Source: Mytilus trossulus
Taxonomy: Eukaryota
Direction of reading: 5' to 3'
Length of the DNA stretch: 64,000 bases
Assembly (NCBI RefSeq): GCF_036588685.1
Contig: NC_086378.1
Location: forward strand, 54,374,001-54,438,000
The notes beneath the pieces are model-generated. The model made no database searches. It saw only the letters and a list, made by a program, of their open reading frames with translations, and was not told where the DNA came from. Positions 1 to 13,763 of the stretch are shown here, in pieces. The position numbers and the translations under genes are program-made. How positions within the stretch are numbered: the first letter of the stretch is position 1; every line of letters begins with the position of its first letter.

Positions 1-1444
1 TAAAATTCAAAAATGACAAGGTAAATTATACAATCTTATAATGACATTGTGACCTGTCAATCACCTGTCGAAAAGTATTGAGCATACTTTCACGTTCAGT
101 AATTGATCATTATTATATGGACATCTTTATCTATTTATGTAGATTTTTAAAAATATATATTATGCGAGATGCACGACGAATCATCTCCATGCTGAGAGGT
201 ATACACGAGCTATGTTCGTGGTTATGCGACTGCTACATACACTGATGATAACATATGTCATTTCGGGGCCTTTTATAATAGCTGACTGTGCGGTATGGGC
301 TTTGCTCATTGTTAAAGGCCGTATAATGACATATAGTTGTTGATGTACAAATGTATGTGTCATTTGGTCTCTTGTGAAGAGTTGTCTCTTTGACAATCGC
401 ACCACATCTTTTTTATATTAACACAAGCCATGCGTATTCAAGCACACGTATAAGGACTGTTGAATGCTTACATTTAACCAGCCATGAGTAGTTTATATAT
501 ATATAGTATTGATGCTGATCTTAAAAAATGGCAAGACAAAACTTAAATGTAAAAAGATGTGACATTGTTAATCGCATTCATATTTTAATTGTATACAAAA
601 ACTTTCACTCTGTTCCAGAAAATGTGTTTGTTGCTACTTGTCTGAACAGAAGACATCTCATATTCAGTGTATTTTTATTACCCCAAAAAATGTTATCATA
701 TGTAAATTTTGATATTTGTTGTTATGGAGTATCAAAAAAAGCATATCTTCTTTTTTACATCCTTTTACAAGTTTTTCAAACACAAACGATTAATTTGTTT
801 TGGAATAAATCATCGTTAAGCCGGCAATGTCTTTAAAAAAAAACTAATAACTATCCAATACAAAGGATTTTAGGAAAGCTACTATTTGTCATATTGCAAG
901 CTTTTTTGAAAAGCTACTTGTTTTCCAATTCCAAGCTTTATAGAAAATTGCAACTCACGACAGCCTACTAAAGTCTATACATAATCGAAACAAAAGTCGA
1001 CTACTATAATCTAAACTGATATTTGACGCCATGTCGTGTGACAAAAACTGATGAATCGTCAACTTTATAGTTTTAGACTCGCGTATTAAAGAATCTGGAT
1101 GCTACGAGAATCGGTGTTTAAACATCTTTAAACAAAATAAAATTTATCTTATAATTTTGTTTACATTTCCTTCGTCCGAACAAGAAATATAACGACAGGA
1201 TTAAGGTACATTTTCTCATTAAAAAGCTTATCAATCAAAATTGTGTTATGCAACTTAATGCTTTGATCACGTCTCTTGCAATTAGGGTTATAATGACAGT
1301 TTTTATGTAGTTACCCGTGTTAAGTTAAGAAAACTACGAAGAATTCAAAATTTAAGCATCAATCTGAAGTTACATTTGAACAAAAGAGATTGATGTAATT
1401 TTAACATTTTTTTTACGAATTGCAGGCCTGATAGATTGGCACTT

Positions 1445-1712
1445 TTTGTTTTTATGACCATAAAGCATTATGTTTCCTGGTCTTTGCGTCCGTCCGTTCG
1501 TCCGTTTGTCCTGGTTCAAATTGGAGTTTTTGGTCGAGGTATTATTTTGATGAAGTTGAAATCTAATCAACCTGAAACATAGTTCACGTGTTCCGTATGA
1601 TATAATGATTATAATGCCAAATTAGAGATTTCCCCCCATTCTCACGGTCCACTGAATAAAGAAAATGATAGTGCGGATGTGGCTTCCGTGTACTGGGGAC
1701 ACATTCTTGTTA
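1445..1712 (+). mobile_element. Helentron-associated (HINE-like) non-autonomous element; second copy at ~45985-46250
   Basis: T-rich flanks, (GTCC/GTTC)n microsatellite near the 5' end, shared 3' end ccgtgtac..ggg.acacattcttgtt. The class assignment is inferred from architecture. Confidence 0.55.
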
Positions 1713-4700
1713 TATTATACTATAGTGATTTGATATTCATGACGATCGTTTTGACATTCATGTTTCCTTGACCATAGCTATCTTCACGAAGGAATCGGTC
1801 AAAATGGTACGGTTTGTAACAATCTGCTTGCAAACAATAATAAAACACCATTCGCACCTCCTACAATCAATTTCCTTGGAAATCAGACGTGGTAAAAGTA
1901 CCAAAAATTCAGAATGGCTGTTTATAAAATCATGACGAAGAAAATTTTACAAGCTATCATGTTTTAACATTGTAATACGCTGCTACATTAAATTTATAAT
2001 TTATAGTCAAAAGTAATCATTGTGTACTCAGACCAAATACCGAAAAATAAATTAGGATAACAAATTTACATTTTATTTTAGTAATTTGTAACCATATGGT
2101 AGGTTGTCTTTTACATTGATTGAACTTTTCAACTTACAGTCTTTAATAGTATTTTTGCGGCAATATTATTTTGCGGTTTAAACATTTATAACTTCTAAAA
2201 TAGTATATCCCGACATCTGCGATTGTAATAACAAAAGCGACGCTAACCACAAAAGCATGTGACATACATGTAGAGAGGTTCACCTCTGTGGTAATCTGTG
2301 CTTTACAGCTTGTAATCACATTTTCTAGACAATGTACTTGAATATACTCCTAAAAGAATTTTTAGACTAAATTTGAAGTATGAACAATTTTAAAAATGAC
2401 TAAATAAAAAAAAAAATCTGTTTATGAAAAAAAAATGAAAAAGTTCTGGTATACACTGAATGTCCAACGTGCAGTTATTTAAAATTATTTTCTTCTCGAA
2501 TAGACATTTATTTCTTAAGATGCTATTCTAAATTCCTTTTTTAGGCGTAAATTATAAAAAAAAACACCTTTGATGACGTGCTCGCAGTCACAAAACTATC
2601 TAACAATAAAAAAAATGGAGACGTGTCAGATTCAAAACTAAATTATTGAAATATCAACAAATAATAAAAATTTCTTTGACATCATCTTCTTTCATCTATA
2701 TGTACATGTAGCTGGTGAGATCTTTTAAAATGTAACTCACAAAATTTCAAATATTGTATTATTTATGCACCAGGTGGCACTAATAGTATACTCAATACAA
2801 GGGCTCAAATTTGATTATAATTCTTTAAAGCGTGCAGATGATCATATATGGCGGCCATCTTCTTGAATATTCAATTTGGCACATGGATAATTTTATGACA
2901 CTAGTATCACTCGTTCTTTATAACTGTAGCAATCGGACTCTTTTTAATGGAAGCATTTGCTCTAATTATATAACTTGTAACCTATCATTTAGTTATAAAC
3001 ACACTTTATGCATTGCCCTTTTGGAACGGATGGGTAAAGAATGGGATATGTTTTCTCCATACATATCAACCGAAATGATCTTTCTCTCATAGAAGAAATT
3101 CCTTTTACAAATGGGCATATTTATACCTGCTGCATTTGTAGTCACCTTTTTTTTTTACTGAGTAGCCTATTTTTCATTTGCTTCCATTAGTTGGTGTTTT
3201 TCATAAGTGCTTTTTTGGTTTCTATATGGATTAGACTTGATTTTTTTGTATGAATTGTTTTTTACACTAGTCATTTGGGGGCACTTAACAACTTGCTGTT
3301 CGATGGGAGCCAAGGCTCCATGTTGAAGGCGTGCTCTGACCTATAACTGTTTACTTTAATATTGTACATTTTTAACTTGGATGGAGTGTTCTCATTAGCA
3401 CTCATACCACATCTTCTTATCAATATTCAGTGTGTACGGTTACATATTATTGCTTAAATCCACTTCTTTTCACCTTTGATGAATAGTTGTCTCATTGGCA
3501 AAAATACCACATCTCCCTGTTTTATTTCATGTGCGAAGGTTTGACATTATAACATTTTGAGAATTGGTTGCATCAGTAGCAATCTAAGAATATATTTGCA
3601 CATAAGAGTTATCTTATCTTAGCTTAACAGAATTTTTATAGAATTGCAGAACTGATAAACTAAGATGTGCATACTATATTCTATTGTTCATTATCGTTTT
3701 GACAGTCAGATCTTCAAAGTGTTTTCTGTTTGACCTAACATGTCGTTCAATTATTACGTTATGACACATTTGATTTCTTTATTAGGAAAACCATAATTGT
3801 AAAAAAAAATAAGTGACCGTTAATTCATTCTAATTACATAATACATCATATCTACAAAATTTAAAAAGCGGGAAAACCAACATATGAACGTGTTTAAATT
3901 ATTATTTGACAAATGTACTCTTACAAAAGTACAAATATCAAAGAGATATGCATACAGAAGGAATTGATTGATTGATTGATTTGTCTATCTGAATTGTGAA
4001 ATAAAGTTAATTTACCTATCGACTCGTGTGAATTAAGGTCAAGAAAAGAAAGAAAAATCGAATATTTATTTTAAAAGAATTTGAACAAGATGAACCAACA
4101 CCTGAAGTGGTTATCGTGTGGTTGTGTAATATTAGGTAGATACCGAAATGTTATTATTTAAAAAGGAAAGGAAGACTATTGTTTACTGGAAAATACTGCC
4201 TCATTATTATTTTTTCGTGTTTGAATTTATTTTATTTTACATTTGATACTTAATATCTTATTTTTCGAAACACAAAGAAAAAATTATTCAACGAGATTGA
4301 TAATGCTGTTTCTCCAATGTCAGAAAAGGCAAAGTTCATTTGCGTCTAGTGCTGTTTGTCACATCTTGCAAATTTTAATTTGCAACTTTGAAGATAATTT
4401 GTGCTGATGATGGATCTTTGGTATGCTATTTTATACCCTTAGTCTACTCAAAATTGTCAATATAGTTGGTATAAAAATAAGGAGATGTGGTATGTACGCG
4501 ATTGAATCAAATATCCACCAAAGTTCGAATAAAATAAATGAAAGCAATTACAGACCTTCAATAATTAGGAAACCCCATACCGTATAGTCGGCTATAAAAG
4601 GCCCCGACATGAAATTTATGAACAATTCAAATCAGAAAACTGGTTCATTTCTCTCAATATTTTTGTTCTTGATAATTGTTATTCTAAATATCTGTATGAT

Positions 4701-7700
4701 TTGGGCTAAGACACCATAAATCTAGAATATTTTGACATTAAAAAATATATCATATTCTGAATATCAAAAGATAAATGCATAATGTGTCACTAAGGGACAC
4801 AGATTATTACCCCGCTTGCATATAAAGTTAAAATTGGATATAACTCAAAAATGGTGAAAGTTACGCCACCCAAATTGAACTGGTCCTGGTTTTGCGGTAA
4901 TATGTATTGTGTATAATTTGCATAACATTTAATTGAGGAAAACTTAAGCTAGAGAAGGGATTCCAAAACGAAAATTTCAGCAATATTTTCAATTTTAAAA
5001 AGGCATACATGTACATTATTTAACTCAAAGACGATAAAAGTGACGCCATCCAAACAATATCAGTGTTAAGTGCATAAAACAATGTTTATCAGTGTTATAA
5101 CATTTAATAAAGTGCCATTACCGTTAGAGAACGGAAAACAATTCCGTGAAAGACGAACGGACGGACACACAGACGAATAAGGCTAAAACTTAATGTAACC
5201 CAAGCTGCGGTGGGACACAAAAAGGAATGCATTCTACTAGTTGGAAACAATTTGATAACGACCATTTAACTTCAAGAAGATTTGCACAATATCATTTTCA
5301 AAAGAAATTAGAATTGTATTTCAAATAATAATTTTAACAAAAAATGGTGGTGAAGTCATATCATTTTAGGCTTTTAGTTTGTCGATTTTTTCCATAGATA
5401 ATGGAAAATAAGTGCAATATACGCAAAAACAATATTTATGAGCAATTCAATACAATGCAATTTTAATTGCAGACACCCCCGTATTGTGCGTCACATCGAA
5501 CTACAAAGTATTAAATCAAAAACGAAAAAAAAAATGTATATATGAGTTTTAATGAATTCAGTTCATTTGCCGTCAATTGGATTATTTAAAAAAATTATAT
5601 AAAAATCGAAGAATTCATGAATATTTGATAATTTCAGTACAATTGTTAGATATGCGAATAATTACTTAAGAATCTACCATAAATTATAATTAATGTCAGC
5701 ATTTAGTCTATTTGTGCATTGATATATATAAATATATCAAATGCCCGATAAAATGGCGACCAAAGAATATAAATATACATGTATGAATGCATTGTATCAT
5801 AATCATATGTAATATTGAGATTTGCATTTGTCGGACTTGTTTTTGTGAAAATTAGGTGCGTAATAAGTTTATTTATTATTTATTATGTATGATTTCTCGG
5901 AAAATGATTTACATTATAGATCGATTGTCTTAGTATTTGATACATCAAGGGGAGAATGAATATATTTGCATAAACTTAATCACTCCAAATAAGTAATTCT
6001 ATAAGTATTGATATATTAACAAAATATATGTACTGCCATTGTTTTGTTTTGTTCCCCTAATAATAACCCAAATGTTACGATAATACAATGAACAATGATG
6101 ATAAACTTCCGCGGTTAAAATATCCTTGGTGGCATTTCCTTAAAATATTTTTGTTAGAATTTTTCAACGAGTTAAATAACTTGGTACATAAAACACCTTG
6201 TTTTATTGCACTTCCCTCCTATGTTAGTGTTTGTCATTTATTTTTTATTTATTATAAGTGTATTTATACAATCGCAAGAAATCATTTGACAGCATTCATA
6301 CAACAGGTAGGAATCAAACTTACTTTTATCTAGTTTATTTTCAACATCTTACATTTACACACGTAAGGTATAACCCTCACGAAGAGAACTACCATTTGAT
6401 TTAAAGGAGGGACTAGGATGAACAATTTTGTCCTGCATTTATTATTTTGTTATAATCTCTGTCCTGCCTTTTTTCAATACTCAATCCTACATCCCCCCAT
6501 TTCAAATTCAAATGATAGCTTCCTGCGATATTTAATTCCTTATGATTTAGGGTCCTCGGTTCTCTTCAACGTCGTTCTTTATTTAGCATTGAACTTTTTT
6601 TATTCGAGCGTCAGTGATGAGTCTTTTGTAGACAAAACGCACAGCTGGTGTACGAATTTATTAGTCTGATAACTTTTGATGAGTTTTTTAATGGCAATTT
6701 AATATAATTTCTCCTTTAACGACCCTGACATGTTGTGATGATTATGATGATGGGATTAAAGGCATTAATATTCTATCTCTCTTTTAAACGACCTTGACTT
6801 GAAGAATAATGATGAAGTGCTCAACAGCAATTTAGTATTAATTTTTCTATTCTATATAGTTACCATTTCCAGCTTTGTATCAAGTATGTACATTCCAATA
6901 TAGGTTCCATCACGGAGAGGTTTTAATTAGTAGCATTATACAATGCAATTTCTTATATGGCTCAAAGGATGATGATGATGTACCTAAACAAATCAATATT
7001 CAGTTTCTAGATCTCATTACCATACGTCTCATGTGTTTCCTAGCATTTGAAAATTCTAGAACATTGTTTATTTTTCTACAATAAAAGGATCTATTATAAA
7101 GTCGATGCCTTCAGCAATGCTTGACTATTTGTTCTCTTTCGGAATAAGGTTAAATATATTCATACATCTAAATTTATCTACATACATTTGTACTATGATT
7201 TTTTATCCATGACTTCTAAGAACGCATTTGAATTTATTTCAATCTCAGAAAAGCAACTTCAACCATGATGCATTACTGTACTGTAACTTGTTCAATTAGC
7301 ATACCTTGACACGCAAGACATAATTTCACGTTTAAAAATATAATGATATTATCTATAAAAGTAATGAACAATACGCCTAATAGAAGCTTTTTCATGGTTT
7401 AATTTCATTGCTGTTGTTCTTTTATTTCATGCTCTACTTTTTTGCTTTGTTGTTATCCTTTTGCCGTAATAGAATCATATTTTACGTGGCCAAGGCAAAG
7501 CAACGGCTACCGACCGGATGCCGAACGTTTTACCAATCTCTAAGACTTGCGCAAGAGTTTAGCAACGGTTCTAGTTGGACTCATATTGCTTTTTAGTTTT
7601 TTGTGAGGTGTTTTATGGACTGGTTTTTTTTTTCGATCTTTTTGTGTTGTCATGTTTTTGATAGACACCCAGGTATTTCTTTCTCTCTTTTTGAATTTAA

Positions 7701-9500
7701 AAGAGAACAAAAACGATTTACTTAAAAAGAAAATTTTAAGTAAGAAAAGATGGCACTTAAAGGCTCACATAAATTCATGAAAAGTTTCTGTATTTCCACA
7801 ACTTCTGTATCGAGCTTGAATAATCTACTCTCTCACATTACACACCAGCATGGCGCAAGATTACTTGGGACATGTCTAAAATTGTGTCCCTGGAAAGATG
7901 AAAACCGTCGGCTAAAAACAAGAACTTCAATTGTTAAAATAAAAACTACGCACAATGAAATCATTGTCAGCACTTTTTGAAATCATATTTCAAAAGAAGT
8001 TTAAAATCTTATAATTTAAATAAAGTTCATGCGTATATATTATTGATTATTTATATAAAAATTATATAAAAAAAAGACATGACTCAAATTTAGATGTTAA
8101 TTTAAAACTCATAGAGAATAACTTATCGACTTTGTATTTAATGCTTTGATTTAAATTGATCAAATTACATGTATATTCTTTTACCTATTGTATCAAAGTG
8201 ATCTGAGATCAAAATTTATTGTGTGAGATCACTTCTCAGTCACAGTTTCGGGATTGGTGAAAATAATTCCATTGTTTCGGAAGGTTATAATTTACACTGG
8301 ACTTAACCCAGGGCCACTTAGAAAGAAACACCAACAGGAGATCAACCTTGTAGAAATTTAATTTGAAATAGAGACTTCAAATACGTAATCTGTATTTTTT
8401 CAATTCGGACGAAGAAAAGACAGTCTTTTGTAAGTTTGAAAAATGTTTTTCTTATTCTTTTTTGTCTATTTTGGAAGAAGAAAAGATAGTCTTTTGTAAG
8501 TTTAGAATTTTTTTTTCTTATTCTTGTTCAATTTGACATCTTGTTTGACAATTTTCATCTTATGGATGTATCATTTGTCAAATCCTGTCGTTTAACATTT
8601 TATCTTGACGAAACGGTTACAGTACTCTTATTTGCATCTTAGTCTAAGTTCCGTATCTATCGGTCACACAACTTACTGTCAGGTTTTAAGATAATTTATA
8701 CTATTTGGCTAAATTACTTAATTTTCATTACTTCTTTCAAAATTTGTGATATACTTGTGAGACATTTAACTGATTGTTTCACAAGAAGAACCCCCTTACA
8801 AGAACTACGATTTTTGTCAAGATGTAGGACATAGTGAAAGTCGGTAGCCTCTCTAAAAGGTAAATAACCTAAGCAATGTATACTTTGATCAGATGGTGAA
8901 TTTTTATTGCAATGTCACGAGAAAATAATTTATCAAGAAAAAAACAACTGATGTTATAAAGGGTTAACTATGATAAACTACTATACAAATACCACTTCAT
9001 GTTTTCTTAATCATTCAAACACACCCGTATCTAAACCAAGGCATTGCCCGGACTATCAGAGCAGAAAGTCGACTATTTACCAATCTGTAAATGATCATGG
9101 TATACAAGTTGATTTCCAAATAAAAAGAGAAAAAATATCCGTGTGTATAAATGTTTGTATTCTTTTGTTATTAAAAACACATTAGTCTTTTCTATACAAT
9201 GAATCTTTTGTTAAGCTTATAACTTTTGATAATTATGATTAGTTATTTGTCAATAAAAAAATTTGGTTGAACGCCAATAAATCACTTTCATCTGTAATAT
9301 AAGGACCAAATCGGTAAATGGCAAAGGTGTCCGACCACTATTTCACCCACTCCAACATATATACGTATCAACAGCCATTTCCTAATAAACAAAGACATCT
9401 TTTGATGTCATTGTTTACTGACAATATAACCAGCAAATTTGCAGAAATGAAACTTTTTGTGAAAGACCTAATAATTTTGGCTCAAATTTTACTTATTAAT

Positions 9501-9715
9501 TACTGTGAAATCCTTATTTTTAGTGGGATACCAATTTTCGTGGATTTCGTTTGTTTAAGTGAAACACGAAATTAAAAGTTCAACGAATGACAAAGTTCCT
9601 ATATGCTCTAATGCAGTCTTCGGCAAAACTACGAAATTATAAATGTTAACGAACATGATAGTTTTCCTTAATTCACGAAAATTGGTGCCCACCAAAAAAA
9701 CATGAACCTACATTA
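9501..9715. mobile_element. Tc1/mariner-type MITE (TACTGTG...TTTTCGTGG ends); partial copy at ~60902-60970
   Basis: Left end tactgtgaaatcc..accaattttcgtgg versus right end cacgaaaattggtg..; TA flank. Confidence 0.55.
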
Positions 9716-10331
9716 GTTTTTATTAAAAATGAGGATAAATGCACTTCAAATAGATATAGGAAGATGTGGTGTGAGTGCCAATGAGACAACTCTCCATCCA
9801 AATAACAATTTAAAAATTAAACCATTATAGGTTAAAGTACGGCCTTCAACACGGAGCCTTGGCTACTTGTTATATTTTCTATTTTGCAAATTCAGATGTT
9901 ATAGATATATTTTGAAATTTCGAATTTGCAAAATAGGAAATATAACATACTTATCAATTATTGCCGCAAAAAAAGAGTTTTTTTCTAATAGTAGTTGCCT
10001 TATGGACGATTGAATTTCATCCCAAAACTTCAAACATTGGGGGGGGGGGGGGGGGAAATTGGCATGTAGAAAGATGATGCATGTACAGTTCAGGATATGC
10101 ATGTTTTCTATGAAGAATTTTTAAAGCTGTTTAACTTGAAGTTGTTTAAAAGATAGGGATATTGAATAAGTAAGTGGTCTGACATCCCAATACTTGTAGA
10201 CTATTGTAGAAATGCACCAACGATTTACATTCAGGTTTTAATGTTCCGTATGACATTGAGTAGTTTTATGTCACATATACCTGGATTTTTTTGCGCATTG
10301 CCGGGTTATCAAATTATAGATTTAAGATTTG

Positions 10332-10529
10332 TATCATAAGACCTTAGAATGGCCATCATCAGACTTAAAATGGCTATCATCAAACTTAAAATGGCTATCA
10401 TAACTTATGATAGCCATTTTTAGTCTGACGATAGCTATTCTAAGTCTAACTTATGGTAGCCATTTTAAGTCTGATGGTAGCCATTTTAAGTCTGATGGTA
10501 GCCATTCTAAGTCTTGTAATCTTATGATA
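10332..10529. repeat. Foldback of tandem 21-bp units (AGACTTAAAATGGCTATCATC) in opposite orientations
   Basis: About 3 forward and 5 reverse-complement units around a TATCATAA-C-TTATGATA centre at 10404. Confidence 0.85.
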
Positions 10530-13500
10530 AGACTTAATATTCATATTATATACCATAAAATAGCTTGAAATTATTGACTATGCTAATGGATAATCAACGA
10601 AATAAAATTAAACACGATATAAATTTTTTAAGCGGTTGGCTGAACGTTTACCCTTTCCGTCTCTCAAAGTCAACTCGGATACTATTATTAACTAACTTTG
10701 GTAAGCATAAAAGTCATATATGAGAATTAGACAGCAAGCCAGCTTCGCTAATGATAAAAAAAAACGCCTTCTAGAAATTATCATTTGGTCGTTATCAAAA
10801 CACTCTCAAATACTGATACTATATACGAAAAATCTGATTTCAAATGAAATTCTACATATAACGTAAATAAGCTTATGATTTAAAAAAAAAAGATAAAATC
10901 ACCAGGAACATAAATTGAAAGTTGTCATTATAACTTAGTCCATATATCTAATTCACCTGACTTAGCATGTTACGTAACAATTAGGACACAATGTCCATAA
11001 ATAGAAATAATTAGTAATACTGAACATAATTTATAAGCTTCAGACGTTTCCTCATTCCTTTCCTCTTACCATCGTTCCAGATAACATCTATACTGGAGAG
11101 AAAGAAAAAAACAAATACAAACATTATTCAATGTTTACATATTATACAATTCTATGTTTTTATTCCGGGACTGTATCATTGAGTTTGTAAACAACATTTT
11201 TGGACGTTTAACGAGTCTGACTTGTCATGTTTTGTTTTATTTTAAGAAAATAAATCCAAGATATTATTAACTGTTTATGTACAAGATATATTGCCAATTT
11301 CACCGTTTATGAACTTTGGACACATAACAAGAGAAAAGTACAACGGTGACGGATCGTTTCTTGTATATTATGGTATTTTTTAACATGACAAATTGAAACT
11401 ATCTGTTGTACCGGACGTAGCTAACAAGCAGGAAAAAATCATCTATCGCACACTTGATAATGGACAAGGCTTTAGTGTTTTAAAGTTGAAACCGTTTAAT
11501 TCTTGCAGTTTCTTTAACGAATAGTCATGAAATTTGGTCACAAACGAAAATAAGACCAAGTCAAGTAAGTACATTAATTACATTTTTACTTACTACTACG
11601 GGGAAACTTTGTTTACTGATTACAATTTTTAACTATATAAGTGTGTTCATTTCGTAAAATTGTTTTCGATCTAAAATATGCATCCTTCAAAAGAATTTCA
11701 TTTTAATATTGCATTTAATTATCAATAGTACTTAATAAGAATTCTATTTTACATCCTATGTCAGCCATCATGTCAACAGTAATATTTATAAACATGGTAA
11801 ATTCTGAAATGCATAAAGGAATCATTTTTGTTTTAGAAATATTGTTACGTGTAACTACATGACCCTTTAATCTTTTATGACGCAACATTTGTAGACAATC
11901 ACGCGATATGTATATTTCATTGTATCTGTATATATATATCCGCGAGAGATCATTCCACGAAAAAGTAAGTATAGGCTGTTTCGTATTCTTTAATTTGCGT
12001 AGCATGCTTTTATAGCTGTCTACACGGTATGTTTTTTTCATCGTTGAAGGCTGTTTGGTTGCCTATAAATTCTTACTTAATACTTTGGTTGACAGTTGTT
12101 TCATTGGCAATCATGTCACATCTGCGTATTTTTATATTGTTGAATTTTGTTTCGGCATTTATATCCTCCAGATGCACCTGGTACCTTTCTTTGGTCGCTT
12201 AAATGCACCTTTTTTACTGCAACACATTTCCAATGATGCTCTCGTTACACGGCAAGCTGTGAGCTAGTAAAAAGAAAATACATGAAATCTAATACACGCA
12301 AAAAATAAGTTACAATGTAATTTGTAGTAAAGCAATAAAACGATTATGGGAAACCGTATATTGTGTCTTTGATCATGTACATTATTTCATAAAAAAGGTA
12401 TCATAAAAAATAATACATTTCACATATTTATTTCCATAAATGCCATCGTTTTCTCATAATCATCTACTCAAGCTTTTTTTCTTCTTCATTTCTTTATTAA
12501 TTTGATCTATTCCCACTGTAAATACCACACAGAAATGTAGATACAAATTTTTGAATATATTCAATAATGAACATACGTTTTTATTTTTTTCATTCATTCG
12601 GAACTTATGTTGCAGTCAAAATTAAACTAAGAGGAATTGAATATACACATAGCTGTTTTGACTAACTGAACAGATTATTGTCACTCAACGAGGGGCGCAG
12701 CGAGGATTTGGAAATGTTGATGTCCGTCCGTTCGACATATCGAGTTCCAAAATCAGTATTGATCACTTTTTGGTGAGTTATTCCGATTTTGAAAATTAAT
12801 GTACATTATATGGGTAATGTAAAAAGCATTGTATCTACTAGATTAAAATGAATTTGCACTAAAGGTTAACATCAGCAAATGAGTTTGAAAAAATGCCGAC
12901 TGATTTTGTTTTACCAAACTGATGACCCTTATAAATTTGAAATTGTAACGAAACAAATATAATGCCTCTTTCGCCTACATTTTCAGCATCAGAGTGCAAT
13001 TTGATTCGTATCAATGTAGATATGAAAATATCTTGCATGAGTTCGAAAATCAACCGAATATTGCAAAAGTTATGCCTTTTAGACATGAAAATAATATTCA
13101 TACGCGGCAACGGCAGTACCGTGGCTGTCACGCACTCATTTTTCATCAGTTTTCTGTGAAAGTGTTTATTAAAGATAAGTCCCAGCAATAGTACAATCAT
13201 CGTCGTTTGAGTTTGTTTGGGGAGTTATTCCATTTGAAATGCGAATAACATACAATCCTACATTCAATGGAAAGGTTTAAGCGCCTACATCATCGAAGTT
13301 TTAAGAAATGCATGTCAAAGGTTTATATAAGTAAAATCTAAAACAAATTTGAACATTGAATATTATCGAAATTCCAGTATATCTGCTGGTGGTCTTATTA
13401 ATTATTTGCAGCATTCTTTTGTAATGCGTTTAATTTAAAGAGTTATGAAAACCGACGCATAGAAGGTTGTTTTGTGAGGATGAGTCATTGATATTTATGT

Positions 13501-13694
13501 TCTAAAGTTTACCATTGTTTAGAAAGTTTCATTATTTAAACAAAAATTAAGTCATAACTTTGTTGTACTGTTACATACAGGTTACAAGCAGTTTTTTGCA
13601 TCTAATGTGGCTATATATATTATGCATAAAATTATAGATAGTGGACGGGGCCGTATCACAACTTTTCCTTTTATAAATGATGCCATCTGTTTAG

Positions 13695-13763
13695 TAACCT
13701 AGTCATCTGCGAAACAGGAGATATTGCACAATAATATCTCCTGTTTCGCAGATGACTAGGTTA
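13695..13763. repeat. Perfect 31-bp-stem, 7-nt-loop hairpin
   Basis: TAACCTAGTCATCTGCGAAACAGGAGATATT-gcacaat-AATATCTCCTGTTTCGCAGATGACTAGGTTA. Confidence 0.95.

Noticed and set aside
12859-13200. Three overlapping ORFs on both strands
   Set aside because: No recognisable motifs or splice-consistent structure; likely repeat-derived sequence.
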